The notes beneath the pieces are model-generated. The model made no database searches. It saw only the letters and a list, made by a program, of their open reading frames with translations, and had not been told where the DNA came from. A program made the position numbers and the translations under genes. Shown here piece after piece: positions 41,883-52,740 of a stretch of DNA of 64,000 nt. The first letter of the stretch is position 1. Every line of letters starts with the position of its first letter. Source of the DNA: a candidate division FCPU426 bacterium (lineage in GTDB: Bacteria; Oederibacteriota; Muellerivitia; Muellerivitales; Muellerivitaceae); assembly GCA_963830915.1 (NCBI GenBank), contig CAWHOE010000006.1, forward strand, positions 268,197 to 332,196, read 5' to 3'.

Positions 41883-44800
41883 TTAGCGTTTTTTCCTTTT
41901 GCGCTTGGTTGCGGCCTTTTTTGATTTAGCCTTCGGCTTGACCTTCAACCCTTCCTGTTGGGTCAGCCAAACCCGAGCCGCGTCCTCGATACTGGATGCC
42001 TTTGCCCAACGTACCGTTTCGTCCACCTCTTGGGACGAGAGTTGGGACTCCAACTGGGAAACAAGCCTGACCACCTTGTCCTTGGTCTGACGTCGGCAAG
42101 TCGGATGGTTCACGGCCGCCACCAGATAAGCAAAAGCGTTCCGTTCATCCCCCATCATCTTCAGGTACTTGGCCAATGCCACCAAAAGATCGACGAGATG
42201 GGGGATCGCTTTTGATTTTAGCGCTTTTTCGATGGCCTCCTTCAGAAGAACTTTGGATTTCTCTGGCTGTCCCATCTCGCAATAGACCTCGCTTAACAAC
42301 GTCAGAGTGATCACCGTACCCATATAACCATTCGTCGCCCTGAAGTTCTTGAGGGCCTTTTCAAGTTTGACCCTTGCGTCTTCTGTTTTTCCTTCGGCGT
42401 AATCCACCGCCGCCAGATGATAGAAATGCCAAGAAGCGTTTACTGATTGGGCCCCTTCCTTGATTTGGATATTGTTGGCCTCCTCGTAGTTTTGCCTGGC
42501 CTCCTCATAACGATGCTCACAGACTGCCAAATTTCCCATCGTGGAAAGGGCCCGAGCTTGTCCTTTGGGGTCGCCCACTAACCGATAATAGTGCAGGCTT
42601 TTCTTGGCGTATTCCCATCCACCAGCATAATCCCCGATAGCCCAATCCAGTTCAGCCAAGAAATTGGTCGACCAACCAATGGCTCTTTTATCCCCGAATT
42701 CCTTGTGGAGATTCAGTCCTTCCTGGAACATTTGCTTGGCCCCGTTGAAATCCCCCAGGTCCATGATGTTTTTGCCCAGGTTTGTGAAGGACCAGGCCAC
42801 ACCCTTGCGATCATTGCTCCCGACGAAAGCGGAAAGGCCTTTCTGAGAATAACGCCTGGCCTGTTCGTATTCCCCCATCTCATGCAGAACATCGCCCATC
42901 AAATTGTAGGAATTAGCCGCCCCGCCCAAATACCCGATGGCCTCATAATGCTTCATGGCCTCCTGGATGAAAATCTTGGCGTTCTCGAAATCGCCCCCAT
43001 GGATGGCGATATGTCCCAGATTGTTCAGGGCCCAGGCCATCCCGTTGCGGTCCTTGACCTTTCTATAAATATCGAAACTTTGCCGGTAGTAGCTCTTGGC
43101 TTCATCATCCCGACCCAAAGCCTCCAGCACGATGGCCATGCCGCTCAAGGAAAAACCCATTTGTTTCCAAGCGTCCACCGATTTCAACAAACCCAAACTT
43201 TCCTCGAATATTTTTTTGGCCTCTTTTACATCCCCCATTCGTTGAAGTAACGCGGCCCATCGGGATAGCAGTTTACCCAGTAATATCATTGATGATTTAG
43301 GGGGCTTTCGGACCTCTCTTATCTTTTCCCTCAAGACCCTGGCCGCGTGTTGAAAAACCTCCATCCCTTCCTGGTACCATCCTTTGGTGTCATAGATGGT
43401 AAAGAGGCTGTCCAGGAAATCCTCTATTTGGCTTTCCATACGTTTTTCCACGGACCTGCGCCATCCCTCCCGGATATTCCCCATCTCACCGATGAGGGAT
43501 TCCATCACTTTCCCCTCGTTGGGACCGTAAAGTTCTTTCTCTTTTTCCCTCAAGAGGTCCGCTAAAAAAGCGCTATGGGCGTCCTGGATCCTTTCTTTCT
43601 CGGGAGGATCGTCGAATAGTTTTTCTTTGGCGAAATATTTCAGCAGGTCATGTAATTCATAAGTCCCATTGGCCCTTTGCCGCACAAGGGACTTCGCTTC
43701 CAATTGGGGCCAAACGGAGGGAGGAACTCCTCCCACTTGGCTGGCCGCCTCGGGAGTGAACCCTCCCTTGAAACCGAAGCGGCTCGAAGGGCTTTCTTTT
43801 GAGCGTCGTTCAACAAGACCCAGGAATACTCGAAACCGCCCGCAAGCTTTGATGGCGGGCCGGAAGAAAAGGCATTTCCGACGCCACCAATCCGCGGTTT
43901 GCGTTGATCTTGTCCTCGATTTCCTGGATCGACATTTTCTTCACCCAGGCGGAGGACAACTCGATACCCAGGGGCATCCCTTCCATCGTTCGGCAAATAC
44001 GGGCGATCTGTTTTTTTTCCGGATTGGAAGGGGCGAAGGATGGCAGCACGGACCTTCCATTGCGGATGAACAATTGAACCGCGCTGTATTTTTCAAGGTT
44101 CTCTGTTTCCTGTTCCGCCGGGCAGGGTAATCCCCTGACCTCGATGGCTTGTTCCCATTCCAACTGAAGTTTTTCGCGACTGGTCGCCAGGACCTTGATC
44201 CTCGGAGCGGCGGTCAGGATGTCCCTCACCAGTTCCGCCCCTTCTAGGACATGCTCGAAATTGTCCATTAGGATGAGCATCTCTTTGGTCGACAGGTATT
44301 CCATCAGTTGTCTTTGGGAATCCTCCGTCCCGGTGAAGACAAATTTCAACGCATGGGCCAAACTTTCCACAAGAAGCCGTTCAGAACTCAAGGGCGCGAG
44401 TTCAATGAAAAACACCCCGTTTTGGAATCGATCCACCACCTGACTGGCTACCTTTAACGAAAGCCTTGTTTTTCCGAAACCTCCCGGTCCGGCCAAGGTG
44501 ATCAAGCGCGTGGTTGGCCGAAGGATGACCTCAGAAATAGTCGTGATCTCATCCTCGCGGCCATAGAAAGGGGTGGCCTGCGGGGGAAGGTTCTGGGGAT
44601 AAGCCTGAAGTGATAGTACTGGAGGTTCTTCCAGCAGGTTGGAATTCTTTGGGCGAAGAGAAAAGATTTTCCCTGGCTCGGAAAGATCCCTCAAGGCATG
44701 GACTCCAAGATCTCTTAAGAAATATCCGACGGGAGCATGGATCTGATCGATCGCCTCCTGGGTCAGGAGTATCTGGCCTGGTTGAGCGGCTTTCAGGAGG

Positions 44801-45138
44801 GCGATCACATGTTCGATCCCCGGCCCTCGATAATCATCGACTAAAAAATCGCTTTCGGCCAGATGAACGGCTGTCTTAAGCTCGGCCTTGCCGAACTTGT
44901 CCCAAATGAATTTCTCGAACTCTTTTTGGATCTCAAGGATGGCGGGAAGAGGGTTTCCTTTCTCAAAAACAGCCAGGACGCCCCAGGGGGTCCTTTTCAT
45001 CCAACTGACGTTGTGGTGGTAGAATTTTTCCTCGAGAAGGTAGTACTGGCTGGCCCGGGTATGTTGGGCTTCCTTGCTTTCCTTATCCTCGGCTAGGACA
45101 GGATGCACGATTTCCGTGGCGACAAAGTTGGTCACCAA
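41883..45138 (-). CDS. STAND-type protein: degenerate class III cyclase-like domain, NB-ARC-like ATPase, TPR repeats (~1085 aa after correcting two frameshifts)
   Basis: NLPPQATPFYGRE, GPGGFGKT, LILMDNFEHV, LATSRE, GMPLGIEL, YELHDLL and many TPRs. Adding one base to each AAA run (43833-43835 and 43771-43773) restores RHQSLRAVFEYSW...SVFKGGFT. Confidence 0.85.
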
Positions 45139-45270
45139 ACTCTCCCGGGATTTTGATATTCAACCGGATTATTTTATCCCTAGTCCGTCGAAGTTCTAGG
45201 CGTGTTTAAGAGAAATAATGTAAACTTTGTCGACCCTGGTTGCTGCCGTGCCTTAATATAGTCGACAAAT

Positions 45271-45347
45271 GTGCCCATAGCTCAATTGGATAGAGCTTCT
45301 GACTTCGGATCAGAAGGTTGCAGGTTCAAGTCCTGCTGGGCACACCA
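45271..45347 (+). tRNA. tRNA-Arg (anticodon TCG)
   Basis: 77 nt; acceptor stem GTGCCCA/TGGGCAC; D arm GCTC...GAGC; anticodon arm TCTGA-CTTCGGA-TCAGA; T arm with GGTTCAAGTCC; encoded CCA. Confidence 0.96.
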
Positions 45348-45476
45348 TCCTTCATTTCTATTTGCGAAAAACATCGTTTTTCGCATGTATATAAAAAGGA
45401 TGGTGTTGTGCCAATCTCCAATGATTCTTATAGAAGAATTGGTACACACCTCTTCCGAAAATACGGGAAACGCATA

Positions 45477-46785
45477 ATGCCCTCTCAAAAAAAACTCATC
45501 CTCCTTTTTCTCTTTGTATTCCTATTCCTCTTAGGATTCGGTCTTTGCCAATCCAAGTGGTGGGAAAAGGATGAGCTTCAGACCTACCTCATCGGACTCA
45601 AATGCTATACCACCCATACCTGGCCCTATTTCGGACCTGACCTTAACGGATCGGAGAATTCCTTTCAAAGCCAGAATCCCTGGTGCCCTGGAAGGGCTGA
45701 TCATCGGCTTACCCTTCTATATTCTTCCTATCCCCGAGACCCCCTATATCGTCTTGAGCCTTTTGACCGCGTTGGGTTCGGCCCTTTTAGCTTGGTACAT
45801 CTGTCGGCGCATCCCCCGCCTTTCCTTCACATGGACTTTCCTTTGGATCGCCTCCACTCCCTGGATCCTCCATAAATGCGACCATATCATCAATCCCGCT
45901 TATGACTTTTTGCCAAGCGTCATGTTTTTTATTGGTTTCATGGAATCCATACCTTATTTATCGACAAAACGGATTCCACTAGCATGGTGTAACGCCCTGA
46001 TGGGGTTCTCTCTCTTTTGGATCATGCAATTTCATTTCTCTTATGTTTACTTGATCCCTCTCGCCGGCCTTTCATTACTGGTTCAAGTAAAAGAGGCGAA
46101 AAATCCACGTTCTATTCTTTTCTTTATCGGTGGCGCTCTGCCTACCATCGCATTGATCATCCCTACCTTTGTGAAGTATGGCCTTTCCCGTTCCAATGTC
46201 GCTTCAGGTTTTACTGTTCCCTTCAACTGGTATAACGTCTCCGAGGGGCTTACCATCTTGGCCCGCTACTTTTCTCTGGTCTGTTACGAGCTTCCCCGAT
46301 ATATCGGAACGTCTACCACGTCCCGTTTCGCTTTTCTCAATTCCCACCCCTGGCTCTGGCCATTCGGCTCTATCCTTTGGGTTGGAGGACTCATCCAGCC
46401 CTTCGTAATGCTTTTTGCCTGGTTTCAAAAGAAACATCAAATCCCAGGATGGACTGGGCTCAAAATTCTCATCTTGCTGATGTACCTGATGATCTGGGTC
46501 AGTTTCTGGTTCACGGTGAAACTTCCCCTTTCCCACATCTACCTGGTCCTTTATCCCTGGCTTATGCTCTATTCCTTTTATTGTTGGGCCATGTTCGCCG
46601 AGAATGCCAAATGGAGACTGTTAGGAAAAGCCTTCGTCGTTATGGGGCTGCTATTTCAACTGGGTTATGCCTTGGCTGTCGCTCCCCAGGATTCCATCTA
46701 TAATCAGAGACCATTGGTGGCGAAAGCTCTTCAACAGCAGGATTATCGGGTCCTGTCCGAAAGACGCGAAGGCAGTTTGTATTGA
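45477..46785 (+). CDS. Polytopic membrane protein, GT-C-like putative glycosyltransferase (one frameshift)
   Basis: ORFs 45318 and 45571 join if one A at 45675-45676 is removed (SQIPGALEGL), matching the intact downstream paralog; DE pair after the first TM helix; about ten or more hydrophobic segments. Confidence 0.65.
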
Positions 46786-46823
46786 TCTGCCGAACACTTC
46801 AGTAAATAAACCAAGGAACGCTC

Positions 46824-48134
46824 ATGTCCAACCAGGTGAAGTTCGTTCTCCTATTCCTTTTTCTAGTGGCTTTCCGTACGGCATTCGGGTTATCCCAGCC
46901 ATTCTTCGCCGCGGATGAGGTTCAGACCTATCTCATCGGTTTGAAGTACTTCGCCACCGGCAATTGGCCTTATTTCGGTCCGGACCTCATCGTCACGGAA
47001 ACGGGTTTTTACACCCAGATCCCCGGGGCCTTGGAAGGCCTGCTGATCGGCATTCCCTTTCATCTGTTGCCCATACCAGAGGCGCCGTTCTTGTTTCTCA
47101 ACCTTATTTCGACCTCCGCCTTGGCCCTCTTGGCTTGGTATATCTCCCGCCGGGTCAAGAATATCCCCTTCTATTTCATTTTCTCTTGGCTGGCCCTTCT
47201 TCCCTGGAACCTGCATGAGTCAGCCAACACCATCAATCCCTCCTATCTTTTAGTTGGAGGAATCCTTTTCTTTCTGGGATTCTTTGAAACGCTCCCTGAC
47301 CTCTCGTTGAATTGGCTTACACCGGGAATGGCTTTCGCCTTCATGGGATTCGGACTGTTTTGGAATATGCAATTCCACTATTCCTGGGTACTTTTGCCGC
47401 CTTTCATCGCCGCCGCTCTTTTCTGGCGATGGCGGCTGAAAAATCTTCGCCTAGCCCGATGCCTCATCGGCTTCGCTGTGGGTTCGGCTTTCCCCTTGGC
47501 ATTCCTTCTTCCGACCCTATTCAAGTTCGGTTTTTCCCATGGCGCGTCTGGAATGGGTCTTTCCGTCGCCTTTAATTGGAAGAACTTCCTGGCTTTTTTT
47601 ACGGTCTTGGCCCGTTTCTTTTCCCTTCCCTCTTTTGAATTGCCCCGTTTTATCGGCCCAGGGACCCAAGCCCGAATTGAGTTCTTCAAAGAAGCGCCCT
47701 GGCTCCTTGTCCCAGGCTTCTTCCTGGTCCTGGTAGGTTGGGTCCAACCCTTTTTCCTTTTGATCACTGGATTTTTCAGGGATGAACAACGACCCGAAGC
47801 ATCCTCCATCCAACGTTGGACCCTCTTCACCCTCATCCTGGTTTGGGTCAGCTTTTGGTTCACTTCCAAACCGCCCCAGGCCCATATGTATTACATCGTC
47901 CTGCCCTTGCTATCGGTTTACTCCTTCTATATCTGGGGCCGGTTCGCCCCCAAGAAAACCTGGAGAGTCTTCGCCGTTATTTGCTTGGCCGCTAACCTCT
48001 GGTTCGAAGCGGGATATATGGTCGTGATGCTGAAAAAACAATCCCTTTACCTGGACCGAGCCAGGGTGGTCAAAGCCATCGACGAAAAGGATTACCGGAT
48101 CCTGGGAGAACGCAGGCCAGGCAGCGTCAATTGA
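46824..48134 (+). CDS. Polytopic membrane protein, GT-C-like, tandem paralog of the upstream gene
   Basis: Shares DExQTYLIGLK...WPYFGPD...QIPGALEGL, INP.Y, MQFH.S, ELPR.IG and DYR.L.ERR.GS with the upstream gene. Confidence 0.7.
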   Translation: MSNQVKFVLLFLFLVAFRTAFGLSQPFFAADEVQTYLIGLKYFATGNWPYFGPDLIVTETGFYTQIPGALEGLLIGIPFHLLPIPEAPFLFLNLISTSALALLAWYISRRVKNIPFYFIFSWLALLPWNLHESANTINPSYLLVGGILFFLGFFETLPDLSLNWLTPGMAFAFMGFGLFWNMQFHYSWVLLPPFIAAALFWRWRLKNLRLARCLIGFAVGSAFPLAFLLPTLFKFGFSHGASGMGLSVAFNWKNFLAFFTVLARFFSLPSFELPRFIGPGTQARIEFFKEAPWLLVPGFFLVLVGWVQPFFLLITGFFRDEQRPEASSIQRWTLFTLILVWVSFWFTSKPPQAHMYYIVLPLLSVYSFYIWGRFAPKKTWRVFAVICLAANLWFEAGYMVVMLKKQSLYLDRARVVKAIDEKDYRILGERRPGSVN

Positions 48135-48148
48135 TCAAAGGAGTTTCC

Positions 48149-49717
48149 ATGTTCTGTCGTCTGTTATTCTTTTTTCTGCTCACATCGGTTTCCTTGGCGG
48201 CTGACATCAATGTTTTAGTCATGCCCGACGAGGTTGTGGGGCCGATCAGTCCCTATATCTACGGCCTGAACGATCAAGATCCGAGCGGGACAGGCGCCAC
48301 CTTGCGCCGTCTGGGCGGTAACCGAATGACGGGGTACAACTGGGTCAATAACGCCTCCAACGCCGGGAGTGATTGGAAACAAACCAGTGACGATTGGATG
48401 TGCGGGAACCATCTCCACTACACCGACTGTGACCAGCCAGGGGCCATGGCCCGGCATTTTGTGGAAGAGAACCAAAAGGCTGGCCTGGATACCCTGATGA
48501 CCATCCCCATGGCGGGATATGTAGCCGCCGATAAAAATGGAGAAGTGTTGGAAACCGAAAAAGCCCCAAGCAAACGCTGGAAGAAGATCGATTTCCATAA
48601 GAAGGGGCTATATACGCTTAATCCCAATCCCAACGCTGCTGTGGTTTACGAGGATGAGTTCGTCCATTTCTTGGTATCCAACTTCAAAAAAGGGTCCGAA
48701 GGCGGGGTGAGGTTCTACGACCTGGATAATGAGCCCGGCATCTGGTCCTCCGCCCATCCCAGGCTCCATCCGTCCAAGACGGCTTATTGGGAAATGCGCA
48801 ACAAGACCGAATCGGCCGCCGAGAATATTCTTCGGGTGGATCCCACCGCGATCCTTTTGGGAGGGGTCTGTTATGGCTGGCAGGAATTCCTGACCCTCCA
48901 GGACGCCCCGGACAGCAAAGAACTTAACCAGACCTTCGAGACTTACCTGGATTTTTACCTGGATTTCATCCACGGACTCCAGTTGTCCTATCACAAACCG
49001 CTGGTCCATGTCCTGGACCTGCACTGGTACCCGGAAGCCCAGGGCGCGAACAAGCGCATCACTGAAAATGACATCACCCCCGATTCCATCGAGGCCCGTT
49101 TACAGGCGCCTCGGAGCCTTTGGGACCCGGGTTATGTGGAAAAAAGTTGGATCACCCAATGGTCCACCAAAGGGAAGGCGATCCAATTGATCCCCTGGGT
49201 CGAGGAAAAGATCGGTAAAAGATCCCCCGGGACCAAACTCGCTTTTTCCGAATACAACTATGGGGCGGGTGACCATGTATCGGGGGGACTAGCTCAGGCC
49301 GACGTCCTGGGGATCTTCGGAAAATACGGCGTCTTTCTTTCCTGTTTTTTTGGGGACCTTAAACCTTATAACAAAGCGGCACTCCAGCTCTATCGCAATT
49401 ACGATGGAAAGGGAGGTTACTTTGGGGGTACGGAGGTTTCCTCCGGGACCGAGGATGTCGCCCAGACCTCGGTCTATGCTTCGACCGATCGGCAAAAACC
49501 AGGCGTACTTTGGTTAGTGGTATTGAACAAGAATCAAAAGGATTCGGTCCACGCCAAGATCAAATTCCAGGGGATTGAAGTTTACCAAGAGTTCGAATCC
49601 TATGGATTCAACGGTCAGTCATCCGAGATCAAGCCTTTTAAAGCCGGCCCCATCGAGCGGGATCACTTTGACTGTGAACTCCCGCCGCTCTCAGCGACTC
49701 TCTTCGTATGTCATTGA
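48149..49717 (+). CDS. GH44 endoglucanase/xyloglucanase
   Basis: Signal peptide; ISPYIYG, RLGGNRMTGYNW.NNASNAGSDW, LDNEP, LDLHWYPEA, APRSLWDP, FSEYNYG; ATG after AAGGAG. No CTD. Confidence 0.92.
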   Translation: MFCRLLFFFLLTSVSLAADINVLVMPDEVVGPISPYIYGLNDQDPSGTGATLRRLGGNRMTGYNWVNNASNAGSDWKQTSDDWMCGNHLHYTDCDQPGAMARHFVEENQKAGLDTLMTIPMAGYVAADKNGEVLETEKAPSKRWKKIDFHKKGLYTLNPNPNAAVVYEDEFVHFLVSNFKKGSEGGVRFYDLDNEPGIWSSAHPRLHPSKTAYWEMRNKTESAAENILRVDPTAILLGGVCYGWQEFLTLQDAPDSKELNQTFETYLDFYLDFIHGLQLSYHKPLVHVLDLHWYPEAQGANKRITENDITPDSIEARLQAPRSLWDPGYVEKSWITQWSTKGKAIQLIPWVEEKIGKRSPGTKLAFSEYNYGAGDHVSGGLAQADVLGIFGKYGVFLSCFFGDLKPYNKAALQLYRNYDGKGGYFGGTEVSSGTEDVAQTSVYASTDRQKPGVLWLVVLNKNQKDSVHAKIKFQGIEVYQEFESYGFNGQSSEIKPFKAGPIERDHFDCELPPLSATLFVCH

Positions 49718-49766
49718 ATTTGACAGAACTCATGCCTGTATATCGGGATGAGCCTGGATCGGATAA

Positions 49767-50627
49767 TTAATTCGATCCGTTTCGGGGCCATCGGCACCAT
49801 GGAAATTGGCTGGCGATACCAGCTTCGATCCAGTCGGCGGGCAGGAACCTCTTCAAGAAATAAAGCGCCTTGTCCTCGAACTTGACCAGATAACGTCGTT
49901 TCATGGGTTTATCGCTTAAGGCTTTCAAGACCACCTTGACCAATAATTGAATGGGCGCAGCGCCTTTGAACCTTTCAATGGCGAAAGCTTCGTAAGACTT
50001 CGTGAATTCCGTATAGGGCGAATCCGGGCTCAATGCCTTCTCACCCTTGCGGGAATTCTGTACCACCGCCGTCTGGATCTCGCTTGGTACAAGTTCGGAA
50101 ACTTCCACTCCGAATTCCTTCACTTCCATTCTCAAGGCGTCGGTCAAGGATCTCACGGCGAACTTGGTGGCAGAATAGGGACCCAAAACGGGCAACGCCA
50201 CCAGACCACCCACACTGCCCACATTCAGGATCTTTCCCGACCGCTGGGCCCTCATGATCGGCAATATTTCCCTGGCGACCCTCAAAAGGCCGAACACGTT
50301 CGTCTCGAACTGGGCCTTAAGGTCAGCGTCGGACACATCCTCCCAAAAACCCGCCATGACGAACCCCGCGTTGTTCATGAGGAAGTCGATCCCTTTTTCC
50401 TTGCGGTATACCTGGGCCACGGCTTTTTTGACCGAAGAGGCTGAATCCACATCCATCCGCAGGGGAACGACTTTCAAGGTCTTGGAAAGTTTTCTAAGGG
50501 GTTCCGCTCTTTTTACGCTTCGATAGGTTCCATAGACTTTCCACCCTTTTTTCGCCAGCGCCTCAGCGCAAGCCAAGCCCATTCCCGAATTGGCGCCCGT
50601 GATCAGGGCTATGGGAAGTTCTCTCAT
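49767..50627 (-). CDS. Short-chain dehydrogenase/reductase
   Basis: ITGANSGMG, NNAG, YSATK. Confidence 0.9.
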   Translation of the reverse strand: MRELPIALITGANSGMGLACAEALAKKGWKVYGTYRSVKRAEPLRKLSKTLKVVPLRMDVDSASSVKKAVAQVYRKEKGIDFLMNNAGFVMAGFWEDVSDADLKAQFETNVFGLLRVAREILPIMRAQRSGKILNVGSVGGLVALPVLGPYSATKFAVRSLTDALRMEVKEFGVEVSELVPSEIQTAVVQNSRKGEKALSPDSPYTEFTKSYEAFAIERFKGAAPIQLLVKVVLKALSDKPMKRRYLVKFEDKALYFLKRFLPADWIEAGIASQFPWCRWPRNGSN

Positions 50628-51472
50628 GACGCCCTCTTGAATCTGGAATAAACAAAATCCATCACTCTGTCGTAAAGAAGATCGGGGAGAAATTTTTGGA
50701 TGAAGGGGTAAAAACGAGCGTCCAAACCCACCGGATAACGGGTGGACATCCTGCGGTCATTCAATGCCTTCCAGATGACCTTGGCGACCAGTTCGGGTCC
50801 CGGGGCCTTGGCGGACTTTCGGTCACCGTATTCCAGAACACCTCGCAGGGTCTTTCCGTAAAGGGATTTTCCATTCTTGAAGGTAATATTTTGTCTCCGA
50901 TTATCCTTGAAACGAGTATGGATCTGGCCAGGCTCGATGGCCGCCACTTGGATATTGAATGGCCGCAACTCCAATCGCAGGCTCTCGGTAATGGCGTCAA
51001 CCACGTGCTTGGTGGAACTGTATAGCCCGATACCGGCAAAGGTGATGTGCCCCGCCACCGAACCCACGTTCAGGACACGGCCCGATCCTTGGGATCTCAT
51101 AGCAGGCAGAACCGCTTTCGTCACTCGCATTAGCCCGAACACATTGGTCTCGTATTGGGCCTTGACCTCATCGTCGGTAAATTCCTCGATGGCCCCGAAA
51201 GCTCCCCATCCCGCGTTATTGATAAGAACGTCGATCCGGCCTGTTTTCTTGAGCAATGATTGGACGGTTTTTTGGACCAAGGTGGTTTGATCCACATCCA
51301 GGGGTATGACCTCCAAAGACAGGCCTTTTGACCTTTCCCGCAAAGGTCCAGCTTTTTTGGGGTCCCGCATGGTGGCGAATACCTGGCAACCATGGCTGGC
51401 CAATAGGCGAGCCGTTTCCAACCCGATGCCGGAAGAACAACCAGTGATCAGGACAACAGGTTTTATATCCAA
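50624..51472 (-). CDS. Short-chain dehydrogenase/reductase (tandem paralog)
   Basis: ITGCSSGIG, NNAG, YSSTK; probable TTG start at 51472 after GGAG; stop overlaps the next start (ATGA). Confidence 0.88.
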   Translation of the reverse strand: MDIKPVVLITGCSSGIGLETARLLASHGCQVFATMRDPKKAGPLRERSKGLSLEVIPLDVDQTTLVQKTVQSLLKKTGRIDVLINNAGWGAFGAIEEFTDDEVKAQYETNVFGLMRVTKAVLPAMRSQGSGRVLNVGSVAGHITFAGIGLYSSTKHVVDAITESLRLELRPFNIQVAAIEPGQIHTRFKDNRRQNITFKNGKSLYGKTLRGVLEYGDRKSAKAPGPELVAKVIWKALNDRRMSTRYPVGLDARFYPFIQKFLPDLLYDRVMDFVYSRFKRAS

Positions 51473-51637
51473 AACGAGACTCCAGGTCGATGTTTTAAGG
51501 GAACAGTCTAAAGGGGCTGGACGAAATCCTGAAGATAAAAAACCTCCGACAAATCTTTCCACATTGCCCAAAGGGACAAAAAACGATAGGATAAGTTTTC
51601 CTAGCCATTTGGCACTCTCATAAATCAAGGAGAGTTT

Positions 51638-52459
51638 ATGCGCCTTCAAACCTTTTTAGCCCTGATCCTATTAATGAGTCTCCCACTTCCAACCCTGTTA
51701 AGGGCCGGCGTTACCATTTCGGTGGATGCGTCCAAAATAGGCGCCGAAATCGCTAAAGGAAATTCCGGGGGGAACTCCTCGGAAATGAATGATGTCAATA
51801 ATTACTACTCATCTCAAATACCTGAAAAGAACTCCCGTAGGGACCCTGGCATCAACGAAGCCATCGTCGAGAAAATGAACGGGACCATAATGGTCCAACA
51901 TCCCAATGGTTTCGCGCCATCAGCTCTATCGACAGGGAGCGCCGTGGAAAAGGGGGATATCATCACCGTTTATGACCAAAGCTGGGTCATTTTAAGAACC
52001 CGAAAAGGTTGTCACTTAGGATTTGACGGCTATACCGGACCCACCGTGGTTACCATCGATGAGCTTTATATCGACGGGCCGGATCGACAGGTCCGGCTTA
52101 TTTTACAAAAGGGCACCATCAATCTGAGAACAGGCGGTTCGGGGTCTCAGCAAAGTTTCTTCGAGATCAATACCGGCGCCGTGGTCACTTCCATCAACAA
52201 CAGCGAGGCGACCATCCATTACGATCCCACTGACAATTCTCTCAAGGTCCAGTATCTAGAGGGTAAAGTGACTGTCATCGACAAGAACAACGAACAGGTC
52301 ATGAACGTTCAGCATACCGAGCATTCATGGAAGAACGGCGTCATGTTGGAAGTCGAGCCTCAACCCATGGATGAATTGGACGTGGTGAACTACCATAAAT
52401 TCTTCGAGGGCGATCCCCGCCTATTACCCGAAGACAACAACATCCTCCTGCAAAAATAA
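51638..52459 (+). CDS. Exported FecR-domain-like protein
   Basis: Signal peptide; VEKGDIITV...VRLILQKG...FFEINTGAVVTSI...VQYLEGKVTV pattern. Confidence 0.6.
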   Translation: MRLQTFLALILLMSLPLPTLLRAGVTISVDASKIGAEIAKGNSGGNSSEMNDVNNYYSSQIPEKNSRRDPGINEAIVEKMNGTIMVQHPNGFAPSALSTGSAVEKGDIITVYDQSWVILRTRKGCHLGFDGYTGPTVVTIDELYIDGPDRQVRLILQKGTINLRTGGSGSQQSFFEINTGAVVTSINNSEATIHYDPTDNSLKVQYLEGKVTVIDKNNEQVMNVQHTEHSWKNGVMLEVEPQPMDELDVVNYHKFFEGDPRLLPEDNNILLQK

Positions 52460-52486
52460 TACCGTCCCCGGACCGTCAGGAAAACG

Positions 52487-52672
52487 ATGGGACCCAATCT
52501 CGAATTTTCTTGTCCCTACTGTGGGTATCCCAATTATTCCCCGCTGGATCCCATTTCAGGCCTTCACCAATGGACCACCGACTGTGAGAATTGCTGCCGC
52601 CCTATCGCGATCCGAGCGCGGGTTGTTCATGGAGAAGTGGAAGAATGGGATGTGGACCGGGAACAAGATTGA
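52487..52672 (+). CDS. CPXCG-motif cysteine-rich small protein
   Basis: CPYCG...DCENCCRPI. Confidence 0.8.
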   Translation: MGPNLEFSCPYCGYPNYSPLDPISGLHQWTTDCENCCRPIAIRARVVHGEVEEWDVDREQD

Positions 52673-52740
52673 GGACAATCGGCTGACGATTGATTTTATG
52701 GGAAAATGAAACCCACTCCGCCAAAAGGGACAAACCCACC

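Noticed and set aside
45226..45269. Inverted repeat TTTGTCGAC...GTCGACAAA before the tRNA
   Set aside because: Only 9 bp around a self-palindromic core with a long loop; no function can be supported.
45271..45476. tRNA as an integration site for a genomic island
   Set aside because: No integrase or transposase, and no duplicated tRNA 3' end seen in the window.
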